A DNA stretch of 63,143 bases, filler included, from Octopus bimaculoides (Eukaryota), in the NCBI RefSeq assembly GCF_001194135.2. It is 4 parts of 4 records of this genome, joined end to end, with 100 filler letters (N's around TTAATTAATTAA, not from the genome) between each part and the next. Parts side by side here need not be neighbours in the genome. Positions count along the whole stretch, not along the records: positions 1 to 22,656 come from NC_069007.1; 3 more parts are not named here. One strand, 5' to 3'. The translations under genes and the position numbers were made by a program. Below the pieces are notes generated by a model. That model had not been told where the DNA came from, did no database searches, and saw only the letters and a list, made by a program, of their open reading frames with translations. Of the stretch, positions 1 through 12,268 are shown piece after piece (the stretch's first letter is position 1; each line of letters opens with the position of its first letter).

Positions 1-415
1 CAATTATTTTAAATATAACAAAGAATTTAGTAAAATAACTTGGTTATCATTAGGCTAGTGTTAGGAACATAAATTGTGACTAAGGTTCGGTGGAAGATTT
101 TAATTCAAAACTTATGAAAAGGCATTTGTACTACAGAGCCAGAGCAGGATACAGCCGGGCTGGTAACGAAAGGGTTAAATTAATCATTTGTTAATCCTTT
201 TGTTACCATATTTCTGTTGAGCTGTTCTGTGTTTCTTTCAATTATTTTAAATATAACAAAGAATTTAGTAAAATAACTTAGTTATCATTCAGCTAGTGTT
301 AGAAACATAAATTGTGACTAAGGTTTGGTGGAAGATTATAATTCTAAACTTATGAAAACAAGACATTTGTACTACAAAGCCAGAGCCGGTTTCAGCCGGG
401 TTGGTAACGAAAGGG
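1..415. mobile_element. Two tandem copies (1-174 partial, 195-415) of a piggyBac-like non-autonomous element (MITE)
   Basis: Second copy is TTAA-(t)CCTTTTGTTACC...GGTAACGAAAGGG-TTAA, i.e. TIRs with TTAA flanks. The two copies align over about 175 bp. Confidence 0.7.
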
Positions 416-896
416 TTAATTGTTGGCTGCTCTTCCATCACTAACCTACAGCTGTGTTACTTACATAAATCAAAGATGTGGTTAGCATTAACCCATGAAT
501 TAGACTGCCTATCTCTTCCTCCTTTTCCTGCCACACAACAGTTTCAGAGGTCTAGCAAAGCACATGAGAGCTGTTTGTCTTCCTTTGATTGAACTACCAT
601 CCATCATCAGATCACTATTTTTATAAGTGGCTGTGTGAGGGAGGCAAACAACAAAATGTTTTCAATATAATATATTCTTTTCTTAAATCTGCTGCAAAAT
701 AGTAATAAAAAAAAAAACCAAACCAAAAATAATCAAACTAAAGATCAGGCTACGTTCATGGCTTTGTTAGAAGTTTTAGCCAAACAAAAGATCCAAACTT
801 AGAGTAACAGCTTAAAAAAAGAAACACAACGGATTGATTTTACTGCATTCTCATTAATTACAATGGTGAACCATTCTTTCTAATAAAATCCTTGTA

Positions 897-1067
897 GGCA
901 TCGGAGTGGCTGTGTGATAAGTAGCTTGCTTACCAACCACATGGTTCCGGGTTCAGTCCCACTGTGTAGCACCTTGGGCAAGTGTCTTCTACTGTAGCCT
1001 CGGGCTGATCAAAGCCTTGTGAGTGGATTTGGTAGACGGAAACTGAAAGAAGCCTGTCGTATATATG

Positions 1068-1100
<33 letters not shown>
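897..1100 (+). mobile_element. SINE family A (tRNA-derived head GGAGTGGCTGTGTGGTAAG..., followed by (TA)n)
   Basis: A-box/B-box-like head (GGTTCAGTCCC). Recurs about 8 times in the window. An identical copy lies at 1378-1625 across a gap. Confidence 0.85.
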
Positions 1101-1101
<1 letters not shown>

Positions 1102-1544
1102 AGCAATGTTAATTCTCTAAATGAAGTATTAACAGTAACTGCACGATAAAGTGTAGTATATTGCCACTTAAGTGTGGCTGACCCCTAGGGGTGGATGTTA
1201 CTGTTGCTTTTAGCCCCAGGAGGACATCTCCTCCAGCTGGCTTATCGACACACGACTGTGTCCTGTTTGCCAAGGGAAGTTATCCCTCTCACCTCGATCA
1301 GCAGCACGANNNNNNNNNNNNNNNNNNNNNNNNNNNNNNNNNNNNNNNNNNNNNNNNNNNNNNNNNNNNNNNNNNNNTCGGAGTGGCTGTGTGATAAGTA
1401 GCTTGCTTACCAACCACATGGTTCCGGGTTCAGTCCCACTGTGTAGCACCTTGGGCAAGTGTCTTCTACTGTAGCCTCGGGCTGATCAAAGCCTTGTGAG
1501 TGGATTTGGTAGACGGAAACTGAAAGAAGCCTGTCGTATATATG

Positions 1545-1597
<53 letters not shown>

Positions 1598-1628
1598 GTA
1601 TGTGTGTGTATGTGTTTGTCCCCCCAAG

Positions 1629-1744
1629 GACTGCTGTAATAAGTATGTGAATCTGAGAGGGGAATATGTTGAATAAAATCATAATTAACTGATCCTCCTG
1701 CATTTTCTCTTACCCAAAGCCAAGAACTTTTCAGCACCCCCTTG
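1629..1744 (-). mobile_element. Partial mariner-type MITE (same family as 18981-19196)
   Basis: Reverse complement matches the left half of 18981-19196, including the TIR and a TA flank. Confidence 0.7.
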
Positions 1745-1831
1745 TACATCTGCAGGATTGAGACTAACCTGGTGCTAAACAAGAACAACAAAAGACACAT
1801 TGACTGATTTTGTTCTAGGTACATGATGTCT

Positions 1832-2217
1832 GTGGAGGCGCAATGGCCCAGTGGTTAGGGCAGAGGACTCGTGGTCATAGGATCACGGTTTCAATTCCCA
1901 GACCAGGCGTTGTGATTGTTTATTGAGCGAAAACACCTAAAGTTCCACAAGGCTCCGGCAGGGGATGGTGGCGAACCCTGCTGTACTCTTCCACAACAAC
2001 TTTCTCTCACTCTTACTTCCTGTTTCTGTTGTGCCTGTAATTCAAAGGGCCAGCCTTGTCACACTGTGTCACGCTGAATCTCTCCTGAGAACTATGTTAA
2101 GGGTACACGTGTCTGTGGAGTGCTCAGCCACTTGCACGTTAATTTCACAAGCAGGCTGTTCCGTTGATCGGATCAACTGGAACCCTCGACGTCGTAACCA
2201 ACGGAGTGCCAACCACC
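1832..2217 (+). mobile_element. SINE family B (tRNA-like head GTGGAGGCGCAATGGCCCAGTGG..., (CAA)n tail), full length
   Basis: Full about 385-bp unit with 11-bp TSD ACATGATGTCT (1821-1831 / 2218-2228). Confidence 0.9.
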
Positions 2218-3317
2218 ACATGATGTCTAATTAGAGACGGTATGGACAAAGCTGAACCATCTTTGATTGTAGATCTGTCTACATCAGAACTAACCTGGGG
2301 TTAAACAACGAAAGCTGAAAGCTCAATTATAAATTCAGTTCAAATTGTTATTCACCACATTAAACTAACGAAAACAAGCCACTTCATTTGCATGTTTAGA
2401 ACTTTATGCCATTCTTTTCTGCATTGAAACTAATTATTTATTCCAATTATCAATGATATGAAGAAGTAAAACAAATACACTTGATGAACACAACTTGGTT
2501 TTCTTTTCCTTTTGGTCACAGATTTAAAAACTGTAATTCCCAGATACACAGACATATCCCAGAACCTGCCTTTCACTACCCTCTCCCCCTCTCTACATTA
2601 CACACACACACACACACACTGGGTATAGTATTCCATACTCATTCTCTAGGTTAATATTGAAATTTAAAAAAAAAAAACAACACTACCTCTTTTGATACCT
2701 CAATAATTGACCACAACCAAATTGCTATCACTTGGCAAATAAATTTTTATGTGGGAGCTTGAAGTTCTATAGACTCTATCAACAGATGATAGCACAGAAT
2801 ATGAAGAGAAAACTCAATATGTGTGCATAGTGAATATGCACATTGCTTCAGTACAAAGGTTCAAAGTATTTAGAGGACTCTCTGTTTTGCCAATCAGATA
2901 AGTTATAAATTGTAATCCGTCTAGTATTTTATGAGAGTACACTTGGTTCATGTTTATGTGAATAAAAAGTATGTTTTCTATTTTGGTTTTATCATACTCA
3001 AAGCACAAGTTTTTGAAACAAAAGGGATTAATTTACAGATTTTAGACATCAGAATATTTGCATTGCGCTTTGTAAATTTGAAGATTTACCTGTCTCAGAG
3101 ACAATCACTTGTTTAGAAAAAATCAAATGATTTTAGCACACACACACACACACACACATACAACATCTATAAATGTACAAAGGAGACAATCATTTATCTA
3201 CAGTAGTTATGCAAGCTATGTGCATTATGCTGCGTGCATATATATAAAACGTACATGCAGATACCCACAGTGATTCTTATGTGTATGTCCACAAACATTT
3301 GTACATATGCACAATCA

Positions 3318-3495
3318 TCATCATCATTCAATGTCCATTTTCCATGCTGGCATGGACTGGACAGTTTGACAGGTGCTGGCCTGCTGAAGGGCTGCCCAGG
3401 CTCCATGTCAGTTTTGGTATGTTTTTGTAGCTGGATACCCTTCTTAACACTTAACACACTACAGAGTGTACTGGGTGCTTTTATGCAACACAAGA
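3318..3495 (-). mobile_element. SINE family D (GGAAGGGCATCC core, (GAT)n tail), degenerate
   Basis: Matches other copies at 4699-5055, 6967-7117, 15361-15545, 15661-15929, 16608-16872 and 60735-60945. Confidence 0.75.
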
Positions 3496-3799
3496 ACATA
3501 CATACAAATACACAGAAACAAATAGAAAAGTACAGAAATATAGATATAGATACAACTGAGTTGTCAGGTAAATTTGTTGTTCATTTCTTTACAATGTGAA
3601 TTGAATTAACAGGAACAATATTTTTATTGTAGTGTTTCATAGGGTTTTTTCTTGTTTATCATTTTTGAAATTAGGATAAATTTTACCTCTTTTCTGACAT
3701 ACAATGATAGAGGAGTGCCAAGCAAGGAATAAAAAGTGAGCATTTTCAACACCTAATTTTATTTCTTTCAGTCTAGGTTCCAAAGCTCCCAAAGTCATT

Positions 3800-4080
3800 C
3801 AAAACTCTAGGGTTGTGTATGGAAAGGGTGCTACTACTGAAAGAAAAATGTTTTTTATGCTTCAACGAGGGGAAATTTGACCTCACAGTCTCTCAACATT
3901 CCAGCTGACCTGCTAATTTCAGTGAGGTCCAGTTGAATGAGCTCATCCATGATGGATCTGTATCAATCTATTAGGGAATGGGTCCAGCAGATGACTTGCT
4001 CTCATAATATCATTGTCCATCACCTTCAATCAGTGGGTAAGGTTCATAAACTCAGTACACAGGAGCAACACATGGTAAAG
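3800..4080 (+). pseudogene. Heavily decayed mariner transposase N-terminal fragment
   Basis: Frameshifted peptides VYGKGATTERK..FNEGKFDL and IVHHLQSVGKVHKLS resemble mariner HTH-region motifs. Confidence 0.45.
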
Positions 4081-4514
4081 AAAAAAGAGAAGCTTCATTT
4101 TTCCTTGTTGGTTCAGAAAAAATATACAAATGTGTTGAGCAAGATTAAAAAATTTTTTTTTGAAATCCTTGTGTATAAATTCCTCCATGATTTGCTTCAT
4201 GTTTAGCAACAGTAATGAGAAAGACTAGCCAAATCTCGAACAGTTAAATGTTCTTTCTGTTGATAGTAATAAGATAGTTTAATTTCTGTTATTAGTTCTG
4301 AATTTCATTACTGGAATTGAAATTGCTTTGATTTGTTAAATTGATCGTTTAAGCTTATACAATATGATTTGAAACATATACTGTTCGTACAACTGAAATG
4401 GACAAGCTGTTATAGACAGAGTGAAAGGAGGAGAGAGAGAGAGTGAATGTACATGTGTGTGTATGTGTTGTGTGAGAGACAGGGAGAGAGAGAGATGGGA
4501 TACCAATTGGTGCA

Positions 4515-5055
4515 AGCATGGCTGAGGTTAAGAAGCTCATTTTGCAACCATGTGGTTTGAGGTTCAGTCTCACTCTATGACATGTTGAGCAAATGTCTTC
4601 TACTTCAACTAGAGCCCTGGGGCGACCAATGCCTTGTGAGTGAATTTGGTAGACACAAACAGTATGGAAGTCCATTGTGTGTGTGTGTGTATGCAAGTAT
4701 CATCATCATCGTTTAACGTCCGCTTTCCATGCTAGCATGGGTTGGACAATTTGACTGAGGACTGGTGACCCAGGTGGTTACACCAGGCTCCAATCTGATT
4801 TGGCAGAGTTTCTACAGCTGGATGCCCTTCCTGATGCCAACCACTCCGAGGGTGTAGTGGGTGCTTTACGTGCCACCGGCTATCATCATCATTTAACATG
4901 CATGTTCCATGCTAGCTCAGGTTGGCTGTTCGATAGGAGTTGATGTGTCCAAGGACTGCCTCATACTTCAATGTCTGCTTTGGCATGGTTTCTACAGCCG
5001 AATGGCCTGTCTAGTGCCAACCACTCTACAGTGTAGACTGGGCACTTTTTTTGTG
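4515..5055. mobile_element. Cluster: degenerate SINE A (4515-4690, +) plus two SINE D copies (4699-5055, -)
   Basis: Direct similarity to the other copies in this window. Confidence 0.75.
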
Positions 5056-5448
5056 CCACTTGCACTATTGAGTGGGTGTTCAAGTAAAGATAATACTTTA
5101 GTCTCCAGCAGAGTACCCTTAAGGATAGACAGGGGTACTGGTTCTCACATGACTTTCACTTTTGGCTCCAAGACCATTCTGGTAACTGCTTCTGCTGGCA
5201 TGCTAAACTTAGGGATGGACTGAATGCTTGGAGAGGAGATGGGCACTACCAAGCATTTCTAAGGCCTTCTGAAATACCATAACAGACACACAAATATCAG
5301 ATCAGTCGAGGCCTGAAAAGCCGACTGTGCTCTCCACTGCTAGTTCCTAGGGTGGAGGGGAACAATTTGCAACTGTGATGACAACAACAGTGACAAAATG
5401 CATGTACACTGACCATCTTCAGCTTTCACAAAAGATAATACTGTCTTT

Positions 5449-6603
5449 GGGACATGGAACATTTGTACTCTGTATGCAAGTGGAAGGTTGAAGGAACTGA
5501 CTTATAAGCTTAACAGGTACACTTGGGACATCGTAGGGCTGAATGAAGTAAGGTGTGCTGGATTTGATGAGACAACAACAGATGAAGGCTGCAAACTGTG
5601 GTACAGCAGAGATGACACCAAGTATGAACATGGAGTGGACTTCATCATTAACAAAGCCCAAGTAAGTTCAGTCATCAACTGTAAACCAGTATCCAGCAGT
5701 TGATACCTATGTGACTGTAAGACCACAGAATATTTCTGTCATGCAAAGTCCATGTGCCAATGCTTGAATATAATGATGATGTTGTTAATGAATTCTATGA
5801 GGACGTGGACAAAAATCACCCAGGCAACTCCTAAGAAAGATTTCATTGTTTTAGAAGACTGGGATGACAAAGTAGGCCTGAATGCATATGTAGGGAAGTG
5901 GTTATACACCATTAGGTGTACACCGCTTCCGTACATTAAATTTCTAGAAGAAACAACGGAACGCAGATTCTGAACAACATAACAATATTTATTTACAGTG
6001 GAATCCAGTTCACGCTTGGAGGGAATTCGGTAGCTCGTTGCCCTCGGTTACTGAGACGCCTTCTGAATGATTTCCGTGGTTATTTGTGAAGCTCTGGTGC
6101 TGGCATGTGAGAGAGCTCTGTTGGACGTCTTGGCTCGACGGAGATCAGTCAACGAAGAGAGTGAGAAAAGGCGCCAACGCTGGGTGTCGAACTCTACGCA
6201 TGCGCATGAGACTCTTCCTGTATTCCTTCCAGAACTAGTCCCTGCGCATGCGTGGATAAAACTCCGGACATTGAACATATAACAGTCGTCTGCTATAAGG
6301 TGTCACTACACATATGACCAATGGACAGGGACACTGATTATTTGGGATTGGATAAACCAACGATCATAGACAACAACTCCTAGAATTTGCTAGCAAGCAG
6401 AAGCTGGCCCTAGCCAACAAATTGTTCCCATGCAAGACCTTGCACAGACAAACATGGCATGAACCCAGCGGTAGGAATCACAACCAAGTTGACTTTATCC
6501 TCTCACCTCAAAAGTTCAAGTTAAGCATCAACAAGGCTAGGACTAGGACTTTCCTACGTGCAAATGTCAACAGTGATCATAATTTGGTCAAGACGACAAT
6601 GAG
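5449..6603 (+). pseudogene. Decayed RTE-clade LINE, AP-endonuclease region, split by a solo LTR
   Basis: GTWNICTL..., WDIVGLNEVR, LEDWDDKVGLNAY|DQWTGT and HNQVDFIL...SDHNLV motifs. The reading is restored when 5889-6310 plus one CATA is removed. Confidence 0.85.
5889..6310 (-). mobile_element. Solo LTR (422 bp), probably Gypsy-type
   Basis: TGTAG...CTACA inverted termini, CATA 4-bp TSD (5885-5888 / 6311-6314), AATAAA on the minus strand, clean insertion into an RTE ORF. Confidence 0.8.
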
Positions 6604-6629
6604 GTATATGTATTTATATACATATATAT

Positions 6630-6965
6630 CTTTTACCCAAAAGTAACTGCAAACGTTCTCTGTGGGACAAGCTCATTATAGTTTGGGCTTCCACCACTAG
6701 AAACCAATTGATGCAGCCCTCAGCCAGCCGACCGGCATCGTCTATTGAGGTCATACTGTCACATAGTGTGTCTTTGTTTTGGAGTGCTTCACCACTGTTC
6801 ATTGATTTTTGCGATGTCTGAAACAAACGCACAGTGTACTTCCATGAAATTCTGTTTTCTGCTGGGGAAAACGGTGGCCAAAACTGTTGTCATGCTTCAG
6901 ACAGCTTACAAGGACGCTGCCATGAGCAAAACACAAGTTTATGAGTGGTTTTCACGCTTTAGGAG
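6630..6965 (+). pseudogene. Mariner (DD34D-type) transposase 5' fragment
   Basis: MKFCFLLGKTVAKTVVMLQTAYKDAAMSKTQVYEWFSRFR is a typical mariner first HTH. Confidence 0.85.
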
Positions 6966-7122
6966 AACTCAGTACACTTTGTAAAGTGGTTGGCGCTAAG
7001 AAGAGCATCCAACCAGAGAAACCATTCTACAACAGACAATTGGAGACTGGACAGCTCCATGTTAAACCATTCTACCCATGCCAGTAGGGAGAGCAAACGT
7101 TAAACAATGATGATGATATATA

Positions 7123-7176
<54 letters not shown>

Positions 7177-7178
<2 letters not shown>

Positions 7179-7410
7179 GGGTCATCCCATAAATAATGCA
7201 GTTGTTTTTACATCTTTTATTTTTCAAAACTAAGATAAACAAAGTTCTTTTTTAATCTAAAATGTAGTCCTTAATTTTCTACAATGCTCTTCCATCTATC
7301 TGGTAGACTTGCAAGGCCCCTCTTCCAAAATTCACTTGTCTGTAATGAAAAATACTCCTCCAGTACTGTTCTGACCTCCTCTACAGAATTCATATTTTTT
7401 TCTGTCCAAA
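7177..7410 (-). pseudogene. Mariner transposase 3' end with terminal repeat
   Basis: Minus-strand NSVEEVRTVLEEYF...EFWKRGLASLPDRWKSIVEN is a mariner C-terminus and ends at a TA. Confidence 0.7.
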
Positions 7411-7939
7411 TGATTGTAACTAACTATGCATAGAGTGAAGAAGGATTTGTTGAATTACAAATGGTACAATATATGAGGTGTCGATGACATTGTGAAAGAT
7501 GTCGATGGAGAAAAGGAAACAAGCATAAATCTCAAGAACAGGTGTATTTAAAGGTATTGGGGTAAGTATTCTTTTGAACGAGAAGAAGAGAGGTTATGGG
7601 AAGATAGGACCAGAAGGTCAAAAGGAAAGAAATAAGAGTTGTGGGGATAGCTCATTGAAGTAGCAGAGTAAATGGGTGAAATATTGGAGTAAATGGAACT
7701 TTTGTCATCAGATGAAAGCATTTGAAGACACTGCCAAAGGCTTGAGCTCTGTGGAGTAAGGGGTTAACTAATGCTATAGGGGACTCTATGTGAGGAATAA
7801 ATAGTGCAATTCATCAGATGAGGAGACAAAACCAGAGTCTTTGCTGCATAAAAATCATAAGAATCAAAGACATTGCAGGACTGGGGTGGTAGTTCTAGTC
7901 TGAGGAGGGTGAGAGGGGAAAAGTCAACACGGAAGTGTG

Positions 7940-9020
7940 GTGCCGGCTGTGTGGTAAATAGCTTGCTTACCAACCACATGGTCCTGGGTGGCACTTTGGG
8001 CAAGTGGCACTTTGGGCAAGTGTCTTCTACTATAACCTCGGGTTGACCAAAGCCTTGTGAGTGGATTTGGTAGACGGAAACTGGAAGAAGCCCGTCGTAT
8101 ATGTATATATATATATATATATATATNNNNNNNNNNNNNNNNNNNNNNNNNNNNNNNNNNNNNNNNNNNNNNNNNNNNNNNNNNNNNNNNNNNNNNNNNN
8201 NNNNNNNNNNNNNNNNNNNNNNNNNNNNNNNNNNNNNNNNNNNNNNNNNNNNNNNNNNNNNNNNNNNNNNNNNNNNNNNNNNNNNNNNNNNNNNNNNNNN
8301 NNNNNNNNNNNNNNNNNNNNNNNNNNNNNNNNNNNNNNNNNNNNNNNNNNNNNNNNNNNNNNNNNNNNNNNNNNNNNNNNNNNNNNNNNNNNNNNNNNNN
8401 NNNNNNNNNNNNNNNNNNNNNNNNNNNNNNNNNNNNNNNNNNNNNNNNNNNNNNNNNNNNNNNNNNNNNNNNNNNNNNNNNNNNNNNNNNNNNNNNNNNN
8501 NNNNNNNNNNNNNNNNNNNNNNNNNNNNNNNNNNNNNNNNNNNNNNNNNNNNNNNNNNNNNNNNNNNNNNNNNNNNNNNNNNNNNNNNNNNNNNNNNNNN
8601 NNNNNNNNNNNNNNNNNNNNNNNNNNNNNNNNNNNNNNNNNNNNNNNNNNNNNNNNNNNNNNNNNNNNNNNNNNNNNNNNNNNNNNNNNNNNNNNNNNNN
8701 NNNNNNNNNNNNNNNNNNNNNNNNNNNNNNNNNNNNNNNNNNNGAGGCTCCAGCAGGAGATGGTGGCGAACCCTGCTGTACTCTTTCAACACAACTTTCT
8801 CTCATGTTTTCTTCCTGTTTCTGTTGTGCCTGTAATTCAAAGGGTCAGCTTTGTCACACTCTGTGTCACGCTGAATATCCCCCGAGAACTACGTTAAGGG
8901 TACACGTGTCTGTGGAGTGCTCAGCCACTTGCACGTTAATTTCACGAGCAGGCTGTTCCGTTGATCGGATCAACTGGAACCCTTGACGTCATAAGCAACG
9001 GACTGCCAACAACAACAATG
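7940..9020 (+). mobile_element. SINE A head (7940-8126) and 3' part of SINE B (8744-9020) flanking a gap
   Basis: Similarity to other copies. Confidence 0.85.
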
Positions 9021-9617
9021 TTTTCCATATAAAATGAAGTTACAGCCACAAACAACAAAATTCGATTATTTTATCAAATTCTTTTTAAGGCGGGATACTT
9101 GCATGACAGTCGTTTCTCTTAAATTCTTACGACCAGGTGTTATTTTCCAGATAAGGATATTGCTGTTATTTTATCTTTAATATATTCATGACATGTTTAA
9201 ATTTTATATATTAGATTTTCCTTTAAATCAACATCCCAAGATCTGATATGTTGACATAATCTCTGTTATGTTTATCTAATGTCCTCAAATCAGTTACTTT
9301 CAAGATTTTGGAATTGATAAATTTGAGGAAAATACGATAATAACTCAATAAGAATTAAGATTGAATCTTTTCTCCTTTTAAAACACTGAAGCTTAAATGA
9401 GACATAGACAAATTAGTAAGAAAATATTAATAGTACCATTTATTTCATTTGAGTCAGATGAAATAAATGAGATTAGAAACATTTTGCTTTGTTAAGTGAA
9501 CAAAGCTCTAAAATTTTAATTTCTCTATTCTGTATTGATAGACATTGAATTGCACAATATTTAATTAAAATGCATCTTTTATTTTCTTTTTAAATATTTT
9601 TTAATAATAAATTTATA

Positions 9618-10315
9618 GGCACAGGAGTGGCTGTGTGGTAAGTAGCTTGCTTACCAACCACATGGTTCCGGGTTCAGTCCCACTGTGTGGCACCTTGGGC
9701 AAGTGTCTTCTACTATAGCCTCGGGCCGACCAAAGCCTTGTGAGTGGATTTGGTAGACAGAAACTGAAAGAAGCCCATCGGTTAGGTGTCTGGAATGGGA
9801 CGGCTTACCTCATGGGCAAGTAGAAGCTCTTTAACCTTGGTTGGTGATCTACCTAGGAGAAGGAAATCTGCGAAATAAAACCTGAGGCCTTGGAAGTTAC
9901 TAATTTTGTCAATTCTCTTGTTATACCGATGAAAGTCTTCTTGGGCTAATAAGTGGGGGTAGTGCAGTGCAAGCTACACCCACTAAAAATTATTCATCTG
10001 CACAGGTACTTCCTGTACTTCAGATCTTGGTAAAATCATTCAATTGGTTGATTGGCAGAAGCCTAAAAAATGCACCTGTAACTTATGTATGTGTGTGTAT
10101 GTGTTTGTGTGTCTGAGTTTGTCCCCCCCACCATCACTTGACAACCAATGCTGGTGTGTTTATGTCCCCGTAACTTAGCGGTTCGGCAAAAGAGACCGAT
10201 AGAATAAGTACTAGGCTTACAAAGAATAAGTCCTGGGGTCGATTTGCTCGACTAAAGGCAGTGCTCCAGCATGGCCACAGTCAAATGACTAAAACAAAAG
10301 AGTAGAGTAAAGAGT
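9618..10315 (+). mobile_element. Full SINE A (head 9618-9780, tail 10070-10315) interrupted by a 290-bp insert resembling a LINE 5' UTR
   Basis: Head and GTAAAAGA-type tail both match other copies. The insert contains an RTE-5'UTR-like CTAGGAGAAGGAAA stretch (inference). Confidence 0.7.
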
Positions 10316-11305
10316 ATTATTCACTTTTAAATTGTTGCTTCAATTCAATCCCATGCCCTGCTATGTTAACATTTTACATAATTGCATAGAAGCAACAATG
10401 AAGCAAAAATGTCTTCCCAAGCAGAAGGTAAAGTTTCATTGATCAAAGAATTATTTTATAATTTTCCATCAATTATTATTAATCAGTAAGTCTATTTTTT
10501 TAAACTATATCTCGGCACTAAAATTATTCTTGACTCTCTTATTAAAGTAAAATTTAACATTAGATGTGTTGTTATACTTGAAATCATTTGGAAACACAGA
10601 ACCATTCTATATGACTTCCCCACATATATATATATATATATCTTTATTACTGGGCAATAAATAATGGAGAATGCGCAATCATTATCAATACCAAAAAACA
10701 AAGATTTAAAAAAAAGAACACTGTGACAAAGACGCAACATTGAAAAGAAAGAGGAAGAAGAATAGTTGTTGCAGTGGTGGTGGTCGTGTGGAGTAGAAAA
10801 GGGAAACAAAGAAAAAGAATATAAATGGGTTACTTTGAATATAAGAAACTAGTGTACTGAATTAATAATAATAATTATAATAAAACAGAATATTTAGCTT
10901 TATTCCTGCCAATGGTGTGAGAAGCAGAACAAAGAAGGAGGGCCAATATAAGATATCCGCCTATATTTGGCTGCTGAAATCAGCATCTTTTTACAAGCCA
11001 AGAGAAATGACCCGACAGGAACCTATGTTTGCACTAAATGAAATACTGTTGTATCAGCCAATAGAATCCAGTACAGGTGTCTACCGCTACAGCTAACCCA
11101 TCATGCTCTAAATTGTTATGGATCCTATTTCAATAAACCTTACCAATAATAAAAGAAATCATTTCAACTTAAGATTCTGAACCACTGACAAATAAAAGAT
11201 TTTGTCCGGCACTGCTTCTGACATTAGTGCTTCAAAACAGCACACTGTCAAAGCAGTTAAACTGCTGATCATCGGTTGGGGTAGAGATACAAAATTCTAT
11301 CCATC

Positions 11306-11385
11306 ATGGATGGAATGAAACTGCCCACACCTTTACTTTTATATCTGTTTTGTTTTCTTCACTATATATCCTGCGAACATCCCAG
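11306..11385 (+). CDS. Candidate coding exon 1 of a small secreted protein (signal peptide MDGMKLPTPLLLYLFCFLHYISC-EHP)
   Basis: In-frame upstream TAG (11282-11284), ATG at 11306, hydrophobic core ending in ISC, perfect donor CAG|GTAAGT, phase 2. Confidence 0.5.
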
Positions 11386-12153
11386 GTAAGTCAAAACACT
11401 CATAGATATTTCGAATTAACGACAAATTCTCAACTGAACATTTCATAAATTTTGTTTGAGAAAATGCTACGTCTCTGTTTTATATTGATTTCCATTTTCC
11501 TTCTTTCATTTTCCTTCTTTCATTAGTTTAAGATTTTATACAGTTTATATTGTTTATTATTACATAATTTACATTTAAATTATTTTAACAATGTTATAAA
11601 ATGGACAATTGGCAGTTATTAAAGAACCAACTTTGTAATTTTTTTTTTCTTTTTGCTCTCTTCATTTTGAGTTCTGAGTTCTACTCCTACCAAACTTAAT
11701 TTTACCTTCCTTCCTTTCAAGGATCAATAAACAAGGTTTCACTCCTCTACTGGAATAAATTCTTCCCTTTCTCCCAGTCTTTCTTTCTATTTGATGTCTT
11801 TCTCTCTGAAAAAATGTGGCTGTCACCAGATATCAGGAGGGAAGGGCTCCACCAGGTTAAAATATGCCCAAGACATGCTAAATGTCCTGACAACACTTCT
11901 TCAACTCCATCAAACAGTTGAAGATGAAATACAAGGCATATAGCTTTTATACAATTGCTTATCCATGTTGAATTACTCTACTCAGAATCTCTTCTTTGAT
12001 GTTCAACAGCCTCTAGTCAGTCTTCAACATTTTGTTTGATATCTTAATGGAACTTCTGCTATCACAAGTTCCATCACTTCTTATACATACATATATTTTT
12101 TGTATATATATACATATATATACACACACACACATATATATACATATATATAA

Positions 12154-12196
<43 letters not shown>

Positions 12197-12268
12197 CATA
12201 TATATAAACATACACACACACATACACATATATATACATGCATATACACACGTGCATGCACACATGCA

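Noticed and set aside
897-1625. Two identical SINE A heads in tandem
   Set aside because: They share every private mutation and straddle a gap, so probably an unmerged contig overlap.
1832-1900. tRNA-like sequences at SINE heads
   Set aside because: They continue into SINE bodies and lack an acceptor-stem 3' half, so they are not tRNA genes.
7764-8986. Long ORFs of 180-440 aa in the track (also 34046-34858, 46890-48276, 61371-62079)
   Set aside because: Their length comes from N runs translated as X.
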